This document shows positions 59,885-64,000 of a stretch of 64,000 nt of DNA, piece by piece. The DNA comes from Planctomycetota bacterium (GTDB taxonomy: Bacteria; Planctomycetota; B15-G4; JADJEK01), in assembly GCA_044225365.1 (NCBI GenBank), contig JBGAIQ010000002.1:116451-180450 (forward strand). The letters run 5' to 3'. The stretch's first letter is position 1. Each line of letters starts with the position of its first letter. The translations under genes were made by a program, and so were the position numbers. Under the pieces are notes generated by a model. That model had not been told where the DNA came from. It made no database searches and saw only the letters and a program-made list of their open reading frames with translations.

Positions 59885-60745
59885 GGGCGATCTCCTTGGC
59901 GCCCACATTCGTGAGGACCGCCGAGCCGGCCCCCGACCGCATCCGTGAACGCAGAAGCATGCGTCGTGGCTGTCCGTGACGGCGAAGTCGATCGTTTCAC
60001 ACGGAGGGCCACGGAGGTCAGAGGAGGGCCACGGAGGTCGGAGAAGAACGGATCTTTCAAAGGGGGCCGTCCGCCGCCCGCGCTGCGATCTCCTTCGCGC
60101 CCGCCTTCGTGAGGACCGCCGAGCCGGCCCCCTTTCCTACTTCCTGACCTCCGTGAACCTCCGTGGCAAACTCCGGATCGATCCCCGCCAGTGCGTGCGG
60201 GAATGCGCAAGCGAGCGTTCCGGCTGTCCGTGACGGCGAAGTCGATCGTTTCACACGGAGGGCCACGGAGGTCAGAGGAGGGCCACGGAGGTCGGAGAAG
60301 AGCAGAAGTTCAAAAGGGGCCGTCCGCTTCTCGCGACGCGATCTCCTTCGCGCCCGACTTCGTGAGGACCGCCGAGCCGGCCCCTTTTCCTACTTCCTGA
60401 CCTCCGTGGTCCGCCTCTTACCTCCGTGAACCTCCGTGGCAAACTCCGGATCGGTCCCCGCCAGTCCGTGCGGGAATGCGCAAACGAGCGTTCCGGCTGT
60501 CCGTGTGGACGAAGTCGATCGTTTCACACGGAGGGCCACGGAGGTCAGAGGAGGGCCACGGAGGTCGGAGAAGAACGGATCTTTCAAAGGGGCCGTCCGC
60601 CGCCCGCGCCGTGATCTCCTTCGCGCCCGCGTTCGTGAGGACCGCCGAGCCGGCCCCCTTTCCTACTTCCTGACCTCCGTGGTCCTCCTCTTACCTCCGT
60701 GAACCTCCGTGGCAAACTCCGGATCGGTCCCTGCGGATGCGCACG
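59885..60745. repeat. Tandem array (about 3.3 copies) of a 250-275-bp unit rich in internal inverted repeats
   Basis: The block CCGTG(ACGGC/TGGAC)GAAGTCGATCGTTTCACACGGAGGGCCACGGAGGTCAGAGGAGGGCCACGGAGGTCGGAGAAG recurs at about 59973, 60222 and 60497. The block GATCTCCTTCGCGCCCGCCTTCGTGAGGACCGCCGAGCCGGCCCCCTTTCCTACTTCCTGACCTCCGTG recurs at about 59888, 60088, 60340 and 60613. Units differ by a 21-bp indel. They are internally self-complementary (CACGGAGGTCAG pairs with CTGACCTCCGTG). Confidence 0.8.
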
Positions 60746-60811
60746 CGAATGCAGAAGCAGGCGTCGCGCAGCGGAGAAGAGAGGGTCGTTCGCTAGAAGA
60801 GCTTGCCGCGA

Positions 60812-62497
60812 TCAGGAACTCGAAGCGCGCGTCCGGTAGCGGTCGGGGTTGTCGAGGGCGTCGGAGATCAGGGCGCGCAGGCGCGCGATGTCCTGGCTGT
60901 CGAGTGCGGAGACCAGCTCGCCGCCGTGGCGCGCCGCGATGGGCGCGAAGTCGTCCGGGTTCACCCGGTCCTTCTTGTTGAACAGGAGCAACGTCGGCTT
61001 CTCGAGGAGATCGAGGTCGGCGAGCGTGCGACGCACTGCATCGAGGTGTTCGACCACCGCGGGATTGGCCGCGTCGGCGACGTGGACGAGAACGTCCGCC
61101 TCGGAGAGACCTTCGAGCGTCGCGCGGAACGCGTTCACCAGATCGCGTGGAAGATCGCGGATGAAGCCCACCGTATCGGTCAGTACCACGTGGTCGGTCC
61201 GATCCGGGATGTACATCTGGCGCGCGGTCGGATCGAGCGTCGCGAAGAGCTTGTCCTCCGCGATCACGTGCGCGCCGGTGAGGCAGTTGAACAGCGTCGA
61301 CTTGCCGGCGTTGGTGTAGCCGACGAGCGACACGACTCGCGTGTTCGCGCGCTCGCGCTGCTTGCGTTGCTCATGGCGTCGCTTGGAGAGCTGCTCGATC
61401 CGCTTCTCGAGTTCGGAAATGCGATCGCGGATGTGACGCCGCGTCATCGCTGCCGCCGTCTCACCGCCACCGACCATCGCGCCGATGCCGCCGCCACCGA
61501 TGCGCGATCGCGTGCCGCGCTCGAGTGAGACGCGAGGCATGTCGTACTTGAGCCGTGCGAGCTCGACTTGCATCTTGCCGTCGGTCGACTGCGCGCGCTG
61601 CCCGAAGATGTCGAGGATCAACGCGGTGCGATCGACGATCTTCAATCGCAGGTTGCTCTCCAGATTACGGGCCTGGACCGGCGACAGCTCGCGATCGAAT
61701 ACGATGATGTCGGCGTTGGCGCGAATGGCGTGGAGTTCGACTTCCTCGACCTTGCCCGAGGTCAGGTACGAAGCGGGATCGATGCGTCGCAACTTCACGG
61801 GGAGGCGTTCGACGACCGCGCAACCGGCCGAACGCGTCAGCTCCGAGATCTCCGCGATCGCATCCTCCATGTTGATCCCGGGGCCGTCCTCGAGGGCGAC
61901 GACCATCGCCCGCGTCTTGCCTTTGACGTCGCGAACCTTGGGCGCGCGCTCCGCGAACTCGCGTTCGAGCAGTGCGATCGCCTGCGCGAAGTCCTGCGGC
62001 ACGTTCTCGAGTCGGATGTCCTCCGATTCCTCGTACGTCTGTCCCGATGGATTGGGCGGCATCAGCTTGGCGATTCGCACCATCTTGCAGGTGCTGTTGC
62101 CGAGCGCGCGGACTTCGACGAGGGAATCGAGTCGGAAGTGCTGGAGGTCGGCGAGGTCGTTCTTGTTGATCGAGTGATCCTTCGTCCCGCGAACTTCGTC
62201 GATGACCGTCTCGACGAGACGGATCCCGCAGAGGCGACCCGACGCGCGACGCGTCGGTGGGGGCTGCGGCACCTCGAGGTGGGTCGCGCTCCCGAGGATG
62301 ACGTGCTCGACCTCACCCGCGCGATTCACGTAGAGGCCGATGCGTCGATTGAGCTTCACCGAGAGCGCCGCGAGCTCGTGGGCGAGGTCGGTGCTGATGT
62401 ACTGTTCGCGGGGGATCCGGCGTTCCGCGAGACGCTCCAGGTGTTCGATCTCGCTCTTCTTCAGTCCTAGCGTCTTGCCGTAGATCTCAGTCTTCAT
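60812..62497 (-). CDS. hflX: GTPase HflX with an N-terminal extension of about 190 aa
   Basis: The G-domain blocks are GYTNAGKSTLFN, DTVGFI and NKKD. They are preceded by the HflX N-terminal domain (IVFDRELSPVQARNLE). Confidence 0.85.
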   Translation of the reverse strand: MKTEIYGKTLGLKKSEIEHLERLAERRIPREQYISTDLAHELAALSVKLNRRIGLYVNRAGEVEHVILGSATHLEVPQPPPTRRASGRLCGIRLVETVIDEVRGTKDHSINKNDLADLQHFRLDSLVEVRALGNSTCKMVRIAKLMPPNPSGQTYEESEDIRLENVPQDFAQAIALLEREFAERAPKVRDVKGKTRAMVVALEDGPGINMEDAIAEISELTRSAGCAVVERLPVKLRRIDPASYLTSGKVEEVELHAIRANADIIVFDRELSPVQARNLESNLRLKIVDRTALILDIFGQRAQSTDGKMQVELARLKYDMPRVSLERGTRSRIGGGGIGAMVGGGETAAAMTRRHIRDRISELEKRIEQLSKRRHEQRKQRERANTRVVSLVGYTNAGKSTLFNCLTGAHVIAEDKLFATLDPTARQMYIPDRTDHVVLTDTVGFIRDLPRDLVNAFRATLEGLSEADVLVHVADAANPAVVEHLDAVRRTLADLDLLEKPTLLLFNKKDRVNPDDFAPIAARHGGELVSALDSQDIARLRALISDALDNPDRYRTRASSS

Positions 62498-62593
62498 CGC
62501 GCCTCGAAAGCAGCCTCCGCGGGTACGACCATCACTCTACTACTGTGGAGCAGATGCTTCCTGCGAATCCCCGCTCGCGAATTCAGGGCGTCG

Positions 62594-63910
62594 TCAAGGC
62601 GTCGGGCGTTCGAGGCTGCGAATCGAGCTCTCGAGGGCCGTGCGCCAGGTGGCGAACGCATCGTCCGGGCAAGACGCCGCCGCATAGAGGACCCCCGTGT
62701 CCTGGAGAATCGCGAATCGCAGTTCATGCATCGCGACCGGGCCCACGGAATACGCCACGCGATACAGATATTGCTTGGCCGTGCCGGGGACGAGCGAGGC
62801 GGACTCGACGCGGACGTTCATCGCGCCCGACGCCGCGATCTCGCGTTCGATCGCGGCGCGATAGCGCTCGGCCGGACCGACGAGCGGTGCCTCGGGGGGC
62901 ATGTCCATCACGCCCGCGACGATGCGCATTCCGCTGCCGGCGGCGAGCGGCTCGAACACGAGACGATCGTTTCCAGAGTCGATGCGCTTCCAATCCTCGG
63001 GAACGCGGAGCGCGATCGAGCCATTGCTCGACTTCACCGGCGGCGCGAGGGCGAACTGCATCTTCCGAACGGTGGTGCGGAACGTCGCGATCGATGCTGC
63101 GAACACGTCACCGAGCGTCGCGAATTCGCTCTTCAACGCTGTGGCCGCGATCTCGAACGAACGGGTCCGCCCGAAGACGATCGTTCGCTCGCTGCGGATC
63201 ACGCCGCGCGCCGTCGTCTGCTCGATCGCATATCTCGCCGCGAGTTCGCCGCCGTAGCTCGTCGCGGAGACCTCGCCCGCCGCGACGTAGTCCTCGCCCG
63301 AGAGCGCCTTGAGCACGGCTGCGCGTCGCGTGTTCGCTCGCTCGATCGCGGCCTGATCGTTCGCGGGTCGCGAGACGTTCTCCTCGGCGAGGGTCACCGC
63401 CAACCGCGACGCCGGCGGCCGCACGTTGACCTCGTGGTACGCGACGAGATAGCTGCCCGGGCCGTCCTTCTCGAACAGCGCGGGCGGACGGATCGTGAAT
63501 CCGGCGTCGGCGTCGTCGTACGGCTCGTCGAGTTCGGGCCGCAAGCGGCGATCGACGACTCCGACGCTCTGGAAGCAGCGGAGGATCGCGGCCTTCATCG
63601 AATCGAAGCGTGATTTCTCACAGTGATGAATGAGTGCGAATCGCCGCCGTTCGGTCTCGCAGACGAGGACGTCGATGACCGCATCGCCCCGCACGAACCC
63701 GAGGTGGATCGCGGGCAACCCGGCTTGGAATGGCTCGTCGGCGGTGAGCGTGGTGAGCGGGACTTCCGCCATGAGTCGATCGCGCAGGTTCTTCGCGGCG
63801 ACGTCGAGCGGGAGGTCGAGGTCCTGTCCCATCACCTCGAAGCCGAGCTTCGCCTTCACTCCCAGGTGCCATTGCGGCGTGAACGTGACATCTCCCGATG
63901 GCCGCGGCAA
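62594..63910 (-). CDS. Hypothetical protein (438 aa)
   Basis: This is a long ORF with a GC-rich third codon position. I recognise no motifs in it. The true start may lie beyond 63910. Confidence 0.45.
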   Translation of the reverse strand: MPRPSGDVTFTPQWHLGVKAKLGFEVMGQDLDLPLDVAAKNLRDRLMAEVPLTTLTADEPFQAGLPAIHLGFVRGDAVIDVLVCETERRRFALIHHCEKSRFDSMKAAILRCFQSVGVVDRRLRPELDEPYDDADAGFTIRPPALFEKDGPGSYLVAYHEVNVRPPASRLAVTLAEENVSRPANDQAAIERANTRRAAVLKALSGEDYVAAGEVSATSYGGELAARYAIEQTTARGVIRSERTIVFGRTRSFEIAATALKSEFATLGDVFAASIATFRTTVRKMQFALAPPVKSSNGSIALRVPEDWKRIDSGNDRLVFEPLAAGSGMRIVAGVMDMPPEAPLVGPAERYRAAIEREIAASGAMNVRVESASLVPGTAKQYLYRVAYSVGPVAMHELRFAILQDTGVLYAAASCPDDAFATWRTALESSIRSLERPTP

Positions 63911-64000
63911 TGCGGTCTCGGAAACCCCACCGTAGAGCGCTGGAAGATCGATCTCGATTCCGAGTTCGGGGCTCGAGAGCGTCTTGCCGGGCTGCGAGGG

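Noticed and set aside
59885-60745. CRISPR array interpretation of the tandem repeats
   Set aside because: Units are 250-275 bp and the whole unit, not just a short repeat, is conserved between copies. There are no unique spacers, no cas genes nearby and no leader.

Overview
The window is a high-GC (roughly 65-70 %) bacterial chromosome segment, most consistent with a Planctomycetota-type genome. The first gene encodes an 1,089-aa protein with an N-terminal CxxCH cytochrome-c motif and the architecture of the planctomycete PSCyt/PSD1 (DUF1549/DUF1553) family.

I support about 50 protein-coding genes and no rRNA. I did not systematically search for tRNA genes. Most are housekeeping or envelope genes: ettA, cdd, acyP, mpg, fumC, trxB, mutY, lptF/lptG-like permeases, hflX, an M3 oligoendopeptidase, a PfkB kinase, and a ZIP transporter followed by an HflK/HflC module.

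The high GC content produces many very long antisense or wrong-frame ORFs of 500-1,200 aa in the supplied track. I judge these to be artefacts.

Items worth a second look:
1. A candidate thioredoxin-fold selenoprotein. The gene callers split it at an in-frame TGA (48430-48432) inside a U-G-P-C redox motif. A perfect 8-bp hairpin lies 19 nt downstream, and a Cys-containing (CxxC) paralogue sits at 14938-15912.
2. A roughly 4.7-kb lower-GC insertion (4762-9451). It carries two tandem DUF1254/DUF1214-like paralogues, a small lipoprotein and an IS66-transposase remnant. It is bracketed by the intact HEAT-repeat lipoprotein gene and a 95 %-identical internally deleted duplicate of the same gene.
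3. A family of palindrome-rich repeats. There is a 3.3-copy tandem array of 250-275-bp units at 59885-60745, a solo inverted copy at 46195-46440, and related mini-hairpins at 4772-4879 and 9892-9958.
4. A translationally coupled glycan-type operon (25263-33211). Its largest gene encodes an 1,116-aa polytopic membrane protein; the rest encode an FAD oxidoreductase, two GT2 enzymes (one of polyprenyl-phosphate sugar synthase type), an SDR epimerase and a sugar-phosphate isomerase.
5. A metal-transporter/SPFH operon containing a permease::HflK fusion.
6. A run of three secreted beta-propeller proteins (BNR, FG-GAP, NHL).
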